NCBI GenBank assembly: GCA_963845535.1
Contig: CAWJSK010000015.1
Location: forward strand, 160,001 to 224,000
DNA: 64,000 nt
DNA from: an uncultured Spirochaetota bacterium
GTDB lineage: Bacteria; Spirochaetota; Spirochaetia; SZUA-6; Fen-1364
Direction: 5' to 3'
Below, piece by piece: positions 46,850-56,177 of this stretch; position 1 is the stretch's first letter, and each line of letters opens with the position of its first letter. The notes below the pieces were generated by a model. It did no database searches. It had not been told where the DNA came from and worked only from the letters and a program-made list of their open reading frames with translations. The position numbers and the translations under genes were made by a program.

Positions 46850-49621
46850 CTATCGGATGACGATCTCGTACCAGAGCGTGCGGTAGTCAGGGCCGATCTG
46901 GATGGAGGCCTTCCCCGCGGCGTCGGCAACGGGGAGCTGGGGTCCCCTCTGCCCGCGCTCATCGAGGGCAAATGCCTCCACCCGATGCGCCGTCACCGGC
47001 AGGATTATCGTGGCGGGAATGCCTTCCACGAGAGTCGGCGCCCGTCCCCAATCCCGCCCCACGGTCGTTCGCTCGGCGTTCTTCCACCCCATCCCCGTGT
47101 TCTGGATGAATCCCGTGGCTGTCACGAGGATGCTGCCTCGCGAAAGAAGGTTGCCCCGGGCGCCGGGGCCCATTGCAGTCAGGCTGATTGCTGCCCAGTC
47201 CTGGATGGTCCGGCCGGGGGCCACCGTTATTCCCCCGAGGTCGAAGGTCCGGTTGAGGACGTAGCCGATGGCGGCCTTCGAACGGGGCGTGGAGACCGTG
47301 ACGTAACCCTTGCCTCCATGGCTGTCCCACGTCAGCTCCCCGTTCGACGTGACATACGAGCCGGGGAGCGGAGCAGGCGCGGGGGAGAGGGAAAGGTTGG
47401 GCGAGTCACTCGATGCGTCTTGCGGGGAAGGAGGACCGGCATCCGTGGCGCCGCCGGAGGGGCCCGCTGCAAGACCAACCGCGCCTTCCAGCGCGTCAGT
47501 CCTTCCGACGCCGAATGCATCCGCGCCGATTGCCGGGCCCTTCTGCAGCGTCCAGAGAATTGCGTCAGCAACGGAAACGACGGCGGGCCGTGAGACCTCC
47601 AGGGATGAGACATCCCCCCGACGGAAAAGCGCCGCCGCCGCGGGAAGCGTCACCATCTTGGCCGGGTGCTGGTCGATAGGGAAATATCCGGTGATCCGCC
47701 GCGAGTCCCAGTCATCCCGAGTGTCTCCGTAATCGAACGCAAAGACGCCGTCCCAGTCCTGCATGGCCGCGTAGGCGCAGATGAGGAGGAACGCTTCCGA
47801 GGAAAACGTGTTAGGCGCGGGGTGGTTGTACTCGCTGACGATGTAGGGCTTGCCGATGACGCGCTGCAGCGAGAGCCTGGATATCTCCCCGCCGTCCACC
47901 GAGCCGGCCATGGGCGTGTCTGTGATGAGCCAATCCGCGGGGTCCCCTGCCGCACGGGGGAAGCGTGGATGCTGCCAGTACCCGTGGTTGTCCACCACGT
48001 CCAGCTCCGCCTGGAGAGGGGCAGGGCTGAAGTCCGCCTGCGTCCCGATCACCAGGGCGTGAGCGCCCAGCTCTTCCTTGAGATAGCGCGTCATCCCCGT
48101 CCAGGAGTCCTCTTCCTCCTGCCACAGGAACCTGATCCAGTCCCGCTGCGCCGGGGCGCCCTGCTGATCGAAATCAGTCCGGCGAAAAAAATCCACGGAT
48201 TCCACGCCTTTGCCGGCAGGCAGCCCAATGGTGCCGCCAGGCGCCAGAGAGGCCTGTGAGAACCAATACGTTCCCGGGGCGGCGCCCAGGTTTCCGAGCG
48301 TCACGCGCGCGTTGTCATCTCCCTCGGAAAGCAGGAACGAGAAACGGTGCTTCCTCCAGTTCTGCGTGAGGTTCAAAGGCGCCGACCAGAGCAGCCGCCA
48401 CGGCTCGTGCGCCTGCATCACGTTGAGCTGGAGGGAGGTCGTTGCGCTGGCCCTGGCCCACACGGACAGCGTATACACCTGGTCCTTGCCCACGGCAATA
48501 CCGGCCTGGTACATCTGCACGTCCCATGCCTCCCGGCCGGGCGTGAGCACCTGGACAACCCGGGCAGCCGCCTTGTCGGGGCCTACGGGGGAAAACGCGT
48601 CCGTGGCCTTTGCTCCCGGGGAAACCTGCAAGGTCCAGGCGGAAGCCGAGGAGAGGGGCGCGAGCATTTCTGCGCCGGCGGGCTGGTCTGCCATTCCCCA
48701 GGCCTGCCGGAACGCTGACGTCGTGGGATACTGCTGGTCCAGCCAGGCGCGCCACTGGCGCGTGAGCTCATCCGCGTACACCCCGGGCATCCCGTCAAGG
48801 CTGCCGGTCCACCATTCGTGCATCAATCCGTCCTCGTTATTCAGCTCCACGAACGCAACGGACGGCTCATCCGCGTAGCTGGCGCCGGTGTACGGATTGA
48901 CGTGGGTGAGAAGGTCCCGCGCATAGCTTTTCTGCATCCGGATCATTGCCGGAAAGAAGAGATCGACCCCTTTGAAATACTGAGGCATGCCTTTCCAGCG
49001 CCGCATGCCCGGGTAGATACGCCCGACGTGAAGGTTCAAATCGGTGTAGATCCCGTTCTTCTTCAGCTCACTGATGAAGTAATCCAACCTGTCGAGCTGA
49101 TCCGCGTCCAGGGACCGGCCGTCCCGAGCGAGCAGTCCGTTGGGCGAAGGCTCAGTGTCCATGTGATGGAAGCGAACCGCGTTGATCCCGAACTTCGCGA
49201 GCCGGGCGCCAATCCTTCCCGCCTCATCATGGGAAGGGAAGCAGGCACCGTACGCGACGTTCACCCCGAGAAACCGGATGCGGTCCGCCCCTTCATACAG
49301 GTGTCCGCCACGCTCGATGATCGGCCCTTCTTTGCCGGCCGGCGCATTGTTCCAGGCGCTTACGTTGGCGACTCCGGGACTTGCATCATCCCAGGGCAGG
49401 ACAAAGGGAAAGAGGCCGGAAGGCGCGGCCGCGGAAAGAGACGATGGGCCGCAGGCCGCCAGGGCGAGGTTGCAAAGGAGAGGGAGGAAACGCCATGGCC
49501 AAGGGCGCCCGGGCAAACGGCGCCCGGGCCAACGGCGCCCGGGCAGGAAGCGCCGGGGCTGTGGAGAAACGCGTTCTGGAGGTCTACGCCGGCAGGGAGC
49601 GGTCATACCAGGAATGTCCAC
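46850..49621 (-). CDS. Exported glycoside hydrolase (clan GH-A / GH5-like) with inserted CBM4/9-like domain
   Basis: IRFLGVN, GINAVRFHHMD, VNPYTG..YADEP, ELNNED, SEYNHP; central CBM-like W.LQV...WDVQMYQ; LALAAC lipobox. Start uncertain. Confidence 0.75.
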   Translation of the reverse strand: MDIPGMTAPCRRRPPERVSPQPRRFLPGRRWPGRRLPGRPWPWRFLPLLCNLALAACGPSSLSAAAPSGLFPFVLPWDDASPGVANVSAWNNAPAGKEGPIIERGGHLYEGADRIRFLGVNVAYGACFPSHDEAGRIGARLAKFGINAVRFHHMDTEPSPNGLLARDGRSLDADQLDRLDYFISELKKNGIYTDLNLHVGRIYPGMRRWKGMPQYFKGVDLFFPAMIRMQKSYARDLLTHVNPYTGASYADEPSVAFVELNNEDGLMHEWWTGSLDGMPGVYADELTRQWRAWLDQQYPTTSAFRQAWGMADQPAGAEMLAPLSSASAWTLQVSPGAKATDAFSPVGPDKAAARVVQVLTPGREAWDVQMYQAGIAVGKDQVYTLSVWARASATTSLQLNVMQAHEPWRLLWSAPLNLTQNWRKHRFSFLLSEGDDNARVTLGNLGAAPGTYWFSQASLAPGGTIGLPAGKGVESVDFFRRTDFDQQGAPAQRDWIRFLWQEEEDSWTGMTRYLKEELGAHALVIGTQADFSPAPLQAELDVVDNHGYWQHPRFPRAAGDPADWLITDTPMAGSVDGGEISRLSLQRVIGKPYIVSEYNHPAPNTFSSEAFLLICAYAAMQDWDGVFAFDYGDTRDDWDSRRITGYFPIDQHPAKMVTLPAAAALFRRGDVSSLEVSRPAVVSVADAILWTLQKGPAIGADAFGVGRTDALEGAVGLAAGPSGGATDAGPPSPQDASSDSPNLSLSPAPAPLPGSYVTSNGELTWDSHGGKGYVTVSTPRSKAAIGYVLNRTFDLGGITVAPGRTIQDWAAISLTAMGPGARGNLLSRGSILVTATGFIQNTGMGWKNAERTTVGRDWGRAPTLVEGIPATIILPVTAHRVEAFALDERGQRGPQLPVADAAGKASIQIGPDYRTLWYEIVIR
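49504..49548. repeat. 15-bp tandem repeat x3 (PGRR-like) in the hydrolase N-terminus
   Basis: GGCGCCCGGGC.. units at 49504, 49519 and 49534. Confidence 0.75.
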
Positions 49622-49705
49622 GCCGCGCGCGTCACGGTCAAGTCCGCTTCCCGCTGCTCAGGGCTACTTGCTGCCGGGGCCGTCGGATAGTACCTTGGTA
49701 TCAAA

Positions 49706-51214
49706 ATGCCAGAGATAAGCAGTACAGACATTCAGAGAGCCGTCCAGACCTCCTTCCCGCTGACCTTCACCATCGAAGGGCCGGTCCACGAGTCATTCTC
49801 CTCCCTCGACAGCATTGTGGAAACCTGTCTCGTCGAGCTGGGCCAGGAGAAGATCCAGGAGGCGCTGTCCTACTGCGTGAAGGAGCTGATCCTCAACGCC
49901 GAGAAAGCGAACGCCAAGCGGATCGATTTCGAAGAACACGGCCTGGCCATCTCGAATACGAAGGACTACGAGGAGGGGATGCAGGGCTTCCGCGCCGCGT
50001 TGTCCGAAAACCTCGAACATTTCCTGCAGAAGCTTCGGGAAAAGCGCGCGTCCATCGACGTCATCTTCCATTATGCCGAGAGCGTCCTTACCGTCTCGGT
50101 CAGGAACGGCGGCGAGCTCGTCTCCGGGGAGCAGGAGAGGATCAAGGACAGGTTCGAGCGCGCCCGGGCGTCGCGCTCATTCTCTGATGCGCTGGAGACT
50201 TCTCTGGACCATTCCGAGGGCGCGGGCCTGGGAATCGTAATGGTCCTCCAGTTCCTGAAAAGCGTCGGGCTGGGGGAGGAAGCGCTCCTGGTCAAGAGCG
50301 AGGGAGGCCTGACCGTCTCTTCCATCATCATCCCGGTGCTCGACGTGGGGCTGGATCAGATCAGGGCCCTGGCCCGAGAGCTCGTCCGCCACGTCGGCTC
50401 CCTGCCTCAGTTCCCCGAAACCGTCGTCGGGCTCCTGCGGCTTACGGAAAACCCGAACGCGAGCGTGCCGGAGATCTCGAAGCACGTTTCCCGCGACCCC
50501 GCGCTGACCGCGGAGCTGCTGAAGCACGTGAACTCAGCGTATTACGGCCTGCCGTCCCGCGTGAACGGCATCCCGCAAGCAGTGAAGATGATCGGCCTGC
50601 GAAGCCTGCACCACCTCCTGTACTCCTTCGGCTTCCACCTTATCCTTGACCAGCACCACCCCCGGATGAAGTCCCTCTGGGAACATTCCCTGCGCACGGC
50701 TTTCTACGCCTTCCTCCTCGCCCGGGACAGGAAGCGGCGCCCCGACATCCTGGATGACGCATACGTGACGGGGATCCTCCATGACCTGGGGTTCATCGTC
50801 GTCTCCACGCTCAAGCCGTCGACGCAGGAAAAGATGCGTACGTTCTGTATGGACAAGAACATCTCTTCCTCCGTGCTGGAAAGGTTCTCTTTCGGGATGA
50901 ACCACGCCGAGGTGGGGGCCCTGATAGCCGAGAAATGGAACTTCCCGAATCAGCTCGTGGAGGGTATCCGGTACCACGATGATCCACTCCGCGCCAGCCC
51001 CGCCTGCCGGGACGCCGTCTTCTGTGTCTATCTGGGCAACGCGGTGTGCGACTTGGAGCGGGGACACATCTCGTATCAGCAGATCGAAGGCGAAGTCCTG
51101 GCGGACTTCGGGCTTCGCGCGGAAGCGGAGTTCCTCGACATGGCCGCGAACCTCAAGAGGAGCTTCGACAAGCACCTTACCGGCCTGAGCCCTTCGGGAG
51201 CTCAGGCATTGTGA
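49706..51214 (+). CDS. HATPase-like + HDOD domain signalling protein
   Basis: KELILNAEKAN, GAGLGI; HDOD motifs DPALTAELLKHVNSAYYG, WEHS, GILHDLG, HAEVGALIAEKWNFP. Confidence 0.85.
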   Translation: MPEISSTDIQRAVQTSFPLTFTIEGPVHESFSSLDSIVETCLVELGQEKIQEALSYCVKELILNAEKANAKRIDFEEHGLAISNTKDYEEGMQGFRAALSENLEHFLQKLREKRASIDVIFHYAESVLTVSVRNGGELVSGEQERIKDRFERARASRSFSDALETSLDHSEGAGLGIVMVLQFLKSVGLGEEALLVKSEGGLTVSSIIIPVLDVGLDQIRALARELVRHVGSLPQFPETVVGLLRLTENPNASVPEISKHVSRDPALTAELLKHVNSAYYGLPSRVNGIPQAVKMIGLRSLHHLLYSFGFHLILDQHHPRMKSLWEHSLRTAFYAFLLARDRKRRPDILDDAYVTGILHDLGFIVVSTLKPSTQEKMRTFCMDKNISSSVLERFSFGMNHAEVGALIAEKWNFPNQLVEGIRYHDDPLRASPACRDAVFCVYLGNAVCDLERGHISYQQIEGEVLADFGLRAEAEFLDMAANLKRSFDKHLTGLSPSGAQAL

Positions 51215-51244
51215 GACCCGTTTGCCCCTGTCTGTCCTGATCCG

Positions 51245-51350
51245 TACCTTTTGCCTGTGTCAGCTTTGTATCCATAACGTGACTCTTCAGTGACTGTGGT
51301 TACGAGGGCTGTGTCTGAGTCATGGTAGGATTTCGCGTGTGGGGGGGGAG
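51245..51350 (+). promoter_or_regulatory. Kinase upstream region homologous to the rsbR upstream region (copy 2)
   Basis: TACCTTTTG, GTGAC at 51279 and 51290, GTTAC at 51299, GCTGT..AGTCA..GTA.G; spacing from the first GTGAC onward equals copy 1. Confidence 0.6.
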
Positions 51351-51361
51351 AGAGCGCGAAA

Positions 51362-52393
51362 ATGAAGGGTCACGTGGCCGGGGTGGCCGCTGAATACAAG
51401 CGAGGATTCGCGGACTACCTGAGGCTGCGCTCGGAATCCCAGCTCATCGAAGCCGCGCGCCTGGGCCGGCTGGCAATGGCGGAGCAGCTCGGCGTGCTGG
51501 ACGTGATCATGATCCACCACACCGTGCTCTCGGAGCTTCATTCCGCGCAGTCCGGGGAGGGCCTCGAGGAGATGCTCTCCTCATCCGCGCTTTTTCTCTG
51601 CGAGGTCCTTTCCTCGTTCGAAATGGCGCAGCAAGGATTCAAAGACGCCTCAGAGGCGGTCATGCGCATGATGCAGTTCGACCTCGTGGTGTGTCACGAG
51701 CTTCGAAGCCCCCTCACGAGCATTGTCACCTCCCTCGGCATGCTCCAGGAAATCCTGGAGGTGCGGCCGGAGAGCAACGAGGCGCGGCTCATCAGCAACG
51801 CCATCAGGAGCGCCGCCATCCTCAAGAGCCGGACGGAGGACCTGCAGGACCTCGTCAGCTACCGCGCCGGCATCCTCAGCCTGAAGCCGGGCAGCGTGGA
51901 GGTTGAGCAGCTCCTTCGCGGGATTGCGAGCCGCCTGGAGCCGGTTGCGAAAAACGCGGGGGTGAAAATCCACGTGGAGACCGAGGAGGGCCTGCCCACC
52001 ATCATCGCGGACCCCAACCGCCTGGACCAGATCGTCAGCAATATCATCAATAATGCCCTCAAGTACGCCGCCGACGGCCGCCGCATCGACCTGAGGGCGT
52101 TCACGCGCAACGGGTCGATGGTCATCGAAGTGCAGGACTATGGGCCGGGGATCGACCCCGCGGCCCGGTCGAGACTGTTCCAGCCTTCCCCGCGAAAAAT
52201 GGAAAGCACGGGTGACTTCACCGCCACGGGTGATTTCACCGGCATGGGCATCGGCCTGGCTCTGTGCCGGGAGCTGGCGGAGCAGCACGGGGGAAACATC
52301 ATCGTTGCCACCGGGGAAGGAAAAGGAAGCGTCTTCACCGTAAAGCTCCCACTGACGAGGAGGGTGTCGAGCCATGAAGGTAGTAATCATTGA
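51362..52393 (+). CDS. Cytoplasmic histidine kinase with RsbU N-terminal-like domain
   Basis: N-terminal Y...F.DY.....E..L..A..LGR......LG..D.I.IHH..L...FL.EVL..FEMA; HELRSPLTSI, NALKYA, DYGPGI, GMGIGL. Confidence 0.85.
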   Translation: MKGHVAGVAAEYKRGFADYLRLRSESQLIEAARLGRLAMAEQLGVLDVIMIHHTVLSELHSAQSGEGLEEMLSSSALFLCEVLSSFEMAQQGFKDASEAVMRMMQFDLVVCHELRSPLTSIVTSLGMLQEILEVRPESNEARLISNAIRSAAILKSRTEDLQDLVSYRAGILSLKPGSVEVEQLLRGIASRLEPVAKNAGVKIHVETEEGLPTIIADPNRLDQIVSNIINNALKYAADGRRIDLRAFTRNGSMVIEVQDYGPGIDPAARSRLFQPSPRKMESTGDFTATGDFTGMGIGLALCRELAEQHGGNIIVATGEGKGSVFTVKLPLTRRVSSHEGSNH

Positions 52394-53063
52394 GGACACC
52401 GAAGAGATCGTCGAAAGTATCAAGCTGTGCATCGCCATCCGCTGGCCGGAGTGCCGCATCCTGTCAACGCCGCGGGGCAAGGAGGGACTGCGCCTCATCC
52501 AGGCGGAGTCCCCTGACGTAGTGATCCTGGACCTCGTCCTGGCGGACGGGTACGGCCTCGATGTTCTCAAGGACATCCGGACGTGGTCCGACGTACCGGT
52601 CATCATTGTCAGCGTCAAGGGCGGGGAGGTGAGCAGGGTCAAAGGCCTCGAGCTGGGGGCTGACGACTTCATCGTGAAGCCCTTCTCCCACACCGAGCTC
52701 CTGGCCCGCATGCGGGCCGTCCTGCGCCGCACGCACATGCCCTCCCTCTGGCAGGACGCCGGGGTGGTCAAGGGAGCCAACCTCACCATCGACATGGGGT
52801 CGGGCCGCGCATTCGTTCAGGGGCAGGAGACGGAGCTCAGCGCAACCGAGTGGAAGCTCCTGATCTTCCTGGCCCGAAACGAGGGGAGGATCCTTCCCCC
52901 CGAGATGCTCGCCACCAAGGTCTGGGGGGTGACGTTCGTGGAACCCTCCACGATAAAGATGTGCATCCGCCGCCTCCGCATGAAGCTGGGAGACGACACA
53001 CGGGCGCCGCGGATCATCCGCAGCCACCGCGGCCGCGGGTACAGCTTCGAGCTGAGCACGTAG
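52374..53063 (+). CDS. OmpR-family response regulator (paralog B)
   Basis: 229 aa; about 25 substitutions relative to 5275..5964 by manual count. Confidence 0.93.
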   Translation: MKVVIIEDTEEIVESIKLCIAIRWPECRILSTPRGKEGLRLIQAESPDVVILDLVLADGYGLDVLKDIRTWSDVPVIIVSVKGGEVSRVKGLELGADDFIVKPFSHTELLARMRAVLRRTHMPSLWQDAGVVKGANLTIDMGSGRAFVQGQETELSATEWKLLIFLARNEGRILPPEMLATKVWGVTFVEPSTIKMCIRRLRMKLGDDTRAPRIIRSHRGRGYSFELST

Positions 53064-53144
53064 GTCACGTTCTCACGCGACTGCCTTCACCGCATGATTC
53101 TCAGCACAGAGGCGCGTCTTTATCATGGAAAGCCCGAGCTGTCA

Positions 53145-56036
53145 TCACGACGGCGCTTCATCCGTTTCATTCGCTTCATCAAGGGCTTTGCGCACCTTGT
53201 CCAGAAGCTGGTCCGCGGTGAAAGGCTTGGCAAGAAAACGGGGATCATCGACCCTGAGCGGCTCCTTGCCGAAACGGGAGGGGGCATATTCGCCTGTGAA
53301 CACGATCCGCGCCGCGGGGGCGCGCGAGCGTATCTCGTGGGCAACCTCCCAACCGTCTCTCTTTGCGATTGTCGTGCTCAGCAGGACGAGATGGATCTCC
53401 GCGGCGCGCTCCCCGAATCTCGTGGCCGCCGCCTCCCCGTCCGCCGCCTCAATGACCGAGTATCCGTGTCTTTCCAGGACCGAGCGGGTCTGGTCACGGA
53501 CGGCCTGGTTGTCGTCCGCGACGAGGATCGTTTCAGTGCCGTGCAGGAGTGTCAGGCCCTCCTTCTCCGTTCGATCCTCCCGGCGATGCAAGGGAAGAAA
53601 GATGTCGACCGTGGTGCCGCGATCGACCTGGCTCTTCACGGTGATGAATCCGTGATGCTGTTCTACGATTGCCCAGACTGTTGCCAGCCCCAGGCCGGTG
53701 CCCTTTCCGATGTCTTTTGTGGTGAAAAAAGGCTCGAACAGCCTGGTACGCGTCATCTCATCCATCCCGATCCCCGTGTCCGAAAAGGCGAGGTGGGCAT
53801 ATGTTCCCGGCTTTCGGTCCAGGGCCTGCGCGGGAGGCTCGATCTTCTCCGCCGAGATCCTGATGACGACAGCCCCGCCCTGGGGCATCGCGTCACGGGC
53901 GTTCGCGGTCAGGTTTACGAGGATCTGCTCGATGCGCATTGTGTCCGCAAGGACTGGCACGGCCTCCCGCCACGGCTCGAACTTCAGCTCGATTTTCTGG
54001 CCCAACTGTCCGGCGAGCGACCGGCAGGCGGATTTGATTGTGTCGTTCAGATCGATGACGCTCAGGTTGCCGCCGTCCTTCTGGCCCAGGATCAGCATCT
54101 GCTGCGCCAGATCCGCGGCCCTTCGGGACGCAGAGAGGATGCGTTCCACCAGGTCGCGGCGGAGATCATGCTTGGTCATGTTCATCATCAGCATACTGCC
54201 GTATCCCATGATCGCGGTCAGGATGTTGTTGAACTCGTGGGCGACCCCGCCGGCGAGCTGGCCCACTGCCTCGAGCTTCTGCGCCTGGTGAAGCATGGAC
54301 TCCAGTTGCCGCCGCTCCCTGTCGTTTTCCTGCAGCTGTCGCGTCCGCACGTGCTCCTCTTCGACAAGGCGGGCTCCCTGGAGGTTGTTGGAAACGACTT
54401 TGCGCAGGGATGCATAGATCACCCCGTCCTGCGGCCCCACCTCGAACAGCGCGAACCCGAGCTGGCGGTCCTGGAAGTACAGCGCTTCAGCCACGAGGTT
54501 GAAGGGCTCAGTCGAAGGCCACATCTGCTGCGGGACGACCGCGCGGGTGGCATACCGCAAGCCGCCAGGGGGGAGATTGAAGCGGCGGCCTGCTTTCATT
54601 CCCAGGACCATCCGCGAGAATTGCGGCGCCTCATCGGGATACGCGTAGGGCAGCGGATCCTCGTAGAGCGAAAGAGCAAACCCGTGGATCCCGATCTTCG
54701 GCAGGGACGAAGCGAGCTCATCCATGAGACTGCCGACGGAGAGCTTCGTAAAGAGGGAGCCCTGCACGTCTCTCAGCGCTGCCTCACGGTGGAGAGACTC
54801 CAGGACGAACCGTCGCTGCTGCCGTCCGGCGGCCTTCTGCAGGACGGCCCCGGCCCGGTGAAAAAGCTCTTCCGCCTGCCGCAGCATTTCGCCCTCGAGC
54901 AGAGGTACGGTGACACTGCGCAGCTCCGTCAGCCATTCCGCCAGAGCCGGCAATTCCTCACTCTCTTCGGCAATGGCCTCCAGATGCCGCACAAACGCGC
55001 CGGTTTCGTCTCCCCGGATTCCGGCAACGAAATCATCCAGCAATTGCCTGCGTGAGCCGCGCTCGACGTCGATCACGGCGGCGACGTAACCGCGCAGGTC
55101 TTCCGGCGTCGACAGCTCCCGCGGCGCACCGTGGCGTTTCGAAGTGGCCGCCAGCCCCGACACGGCGGGGTCCGCGCATCCGCACGACCGCCGGATGACC
55201 AGCCCGCCCTGGAGCGTCCTTGCGCTCTGCACCCGTTTTCCCTCAATGAGGTCGAGAAGGGCCTCGACGGCGGCTCTCCCCATTTCCCGAAAAGGTGGTC
55301 GAACGGTGGTCAGGGGAGGGCTCGAGAGCGCGCCTTCCTCCGAGTCATCAAAGCCAGTGACCGCAGGCACCGGGCTGCCAGGCGCGCTCAGGGAGCGCAG
55401 ATCCTCCTGGACGCGGAGCGCAATGAGGTCATTGTGCGCGACAATGGCGTCCCATTCGGCGGCATGGCCTTTACGCATCCAGTCCGACAGGAACAGGGGC
55501 GCGGGTGGGGCTTCCGCCTCGACGGGGGGAGAGACGAGCGCGGGGTCGAACGGGATCCCGTGCTCCGCGAGAGTCTCCCGGTAGGCGCGATACCGTTCAT
55601 CGAAGGCGTGATGTAGCGGCGTGGCGTGCTTGATGTACCCAATCCGTTTGCAGCCATGGACCTCGATGAGATGCTCGATCATGGAGCGCATGGCCCCGAA
55701 GTCGTCGTTCACGACGCTGGGGACGCCCTCCACCGCGTGCTCCACGCTGACGCACGGCACGGGAGCGTAACGCTGGAAGAACTTGCTGACTTCCTCGGGA
55801 GTGCTGTACGCCACGAGCCCCTCGGTCCAGATCACGAGACCGTTGATCCGCTCGGAGCGGGCCAGCTCATAGAGCGCATTCGCCTGCGCCTCGAACCCGT
55901 ACGGGGAGCAGAGGTGGCTTCCGTCGAACGTGATGAGGTTCACACCACGCTCGTGCGCGGCTTCGAGGACTCCGGACCATTGCTGGATCGTCCATGTCCT
56001 GGTCAGGTCCGTGATAAGAAGACCCACTGTCGTCAT
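53145..56036 (-). CDS. Hybrid histidine kinase: LacI-type sugar-binding domain + HisKA/HATPase + REC
   Basis: HNDLIA, VTGFDD, PPLTTVR, LVIRRSCGC; GGVAHEFNN, NARDAM, FEPFFTTK..GKGTGLGL; C-terminal REC. Confidence 0.9.
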   Translation of the reverse strand: MTTVGLLITDLTRTWTIQQWSGVLEAAHERGVNLITFDGSHLCSPYGFEAQANALYELARSERINGLVIWTEGLVAYSTPEEVSKFFQRYAPVPCVSVEHAVEGVPSVVNDDFGAMRSMIEHLIEVHGCKRIGYIKHATPLHHAFDERYRAYRETLAEHGIPFDPALVSPPVEAEAPPAPLFLSDWMRKGHAAEWDAIVAHNDLIALRVQEDLRSLSAPGSPVPAVTGFDDSEEGALSSPPLTTVRPPFREMGRAAVEALLDLIEGKRVQSARTLQGGLVIRRSCGCADPAVSGLAATSKRHGAPRELSTPEDLRGYVAAVIDVERGSRRQLLDDFVAGIRGDETGAFVRHLEAIAEESEELPALAEWLTELRSVTVPLLEGEMLRQAEELFHRAGAVLQKAAGRQQRRFVLESLHREAALRDVQGSLFTKLSVGSLMDELASSLPKIGIHGFALSLYEDPLPYAYPDEAPQFSRMVLGMKAGRRFNLPPGGLRYATRAVVPQQMWPSTEPFNLVAEALYFQDRQLGFALFEVGPQDGVIYASLRKVVSNNLQGARLVEEEHVRTRQLQENDRERRQLESMLHQAQKLEAVGQLAGGVAHEFNNILTAIMGYGSMLMMNMTKHDLRRDLVERILSASRRAADLAQQMLILGQKDGGNLSVIDLNDTIKSACRSLAGQLGQKIELKFEPWREAVPVLADTMRIEQILVNLTANARDAMPQGGAVVIRISAEKIEPPAQALDRKPGTYAHLAFSDTGIGMDEMTRTRLFEPFFTTKDIGKGTGLGLATVWAIVEQHHGFITVKSQVDRGTTVDIFLPLHRREDRTEKEGLTLLHGTETILVADDNQAVRDQTRSVLERHGYSVIEAADGEAAATRFGERAAEIHLVLLSTTIAKRDGWEVAHEIRSRAPAARIVFTGEYAPSRFGKEPLRVDDPRFLAKPFTADQLLDKVRKALDEANETDEAPS

Positions 56037-56177
56037 GGCCGTTCAGGAGAAAGGTATCACGGCCGCCGCCGAGGCGCCACTCCGTCCATCACTCGCGCCT
56101 CCCCGAGGCAGGCGTCACCGCGGCTCTCGCCTCGAAGCCGCGCGCGTGGTACCCTCGATGTCCAGGGAGAGTCACCG

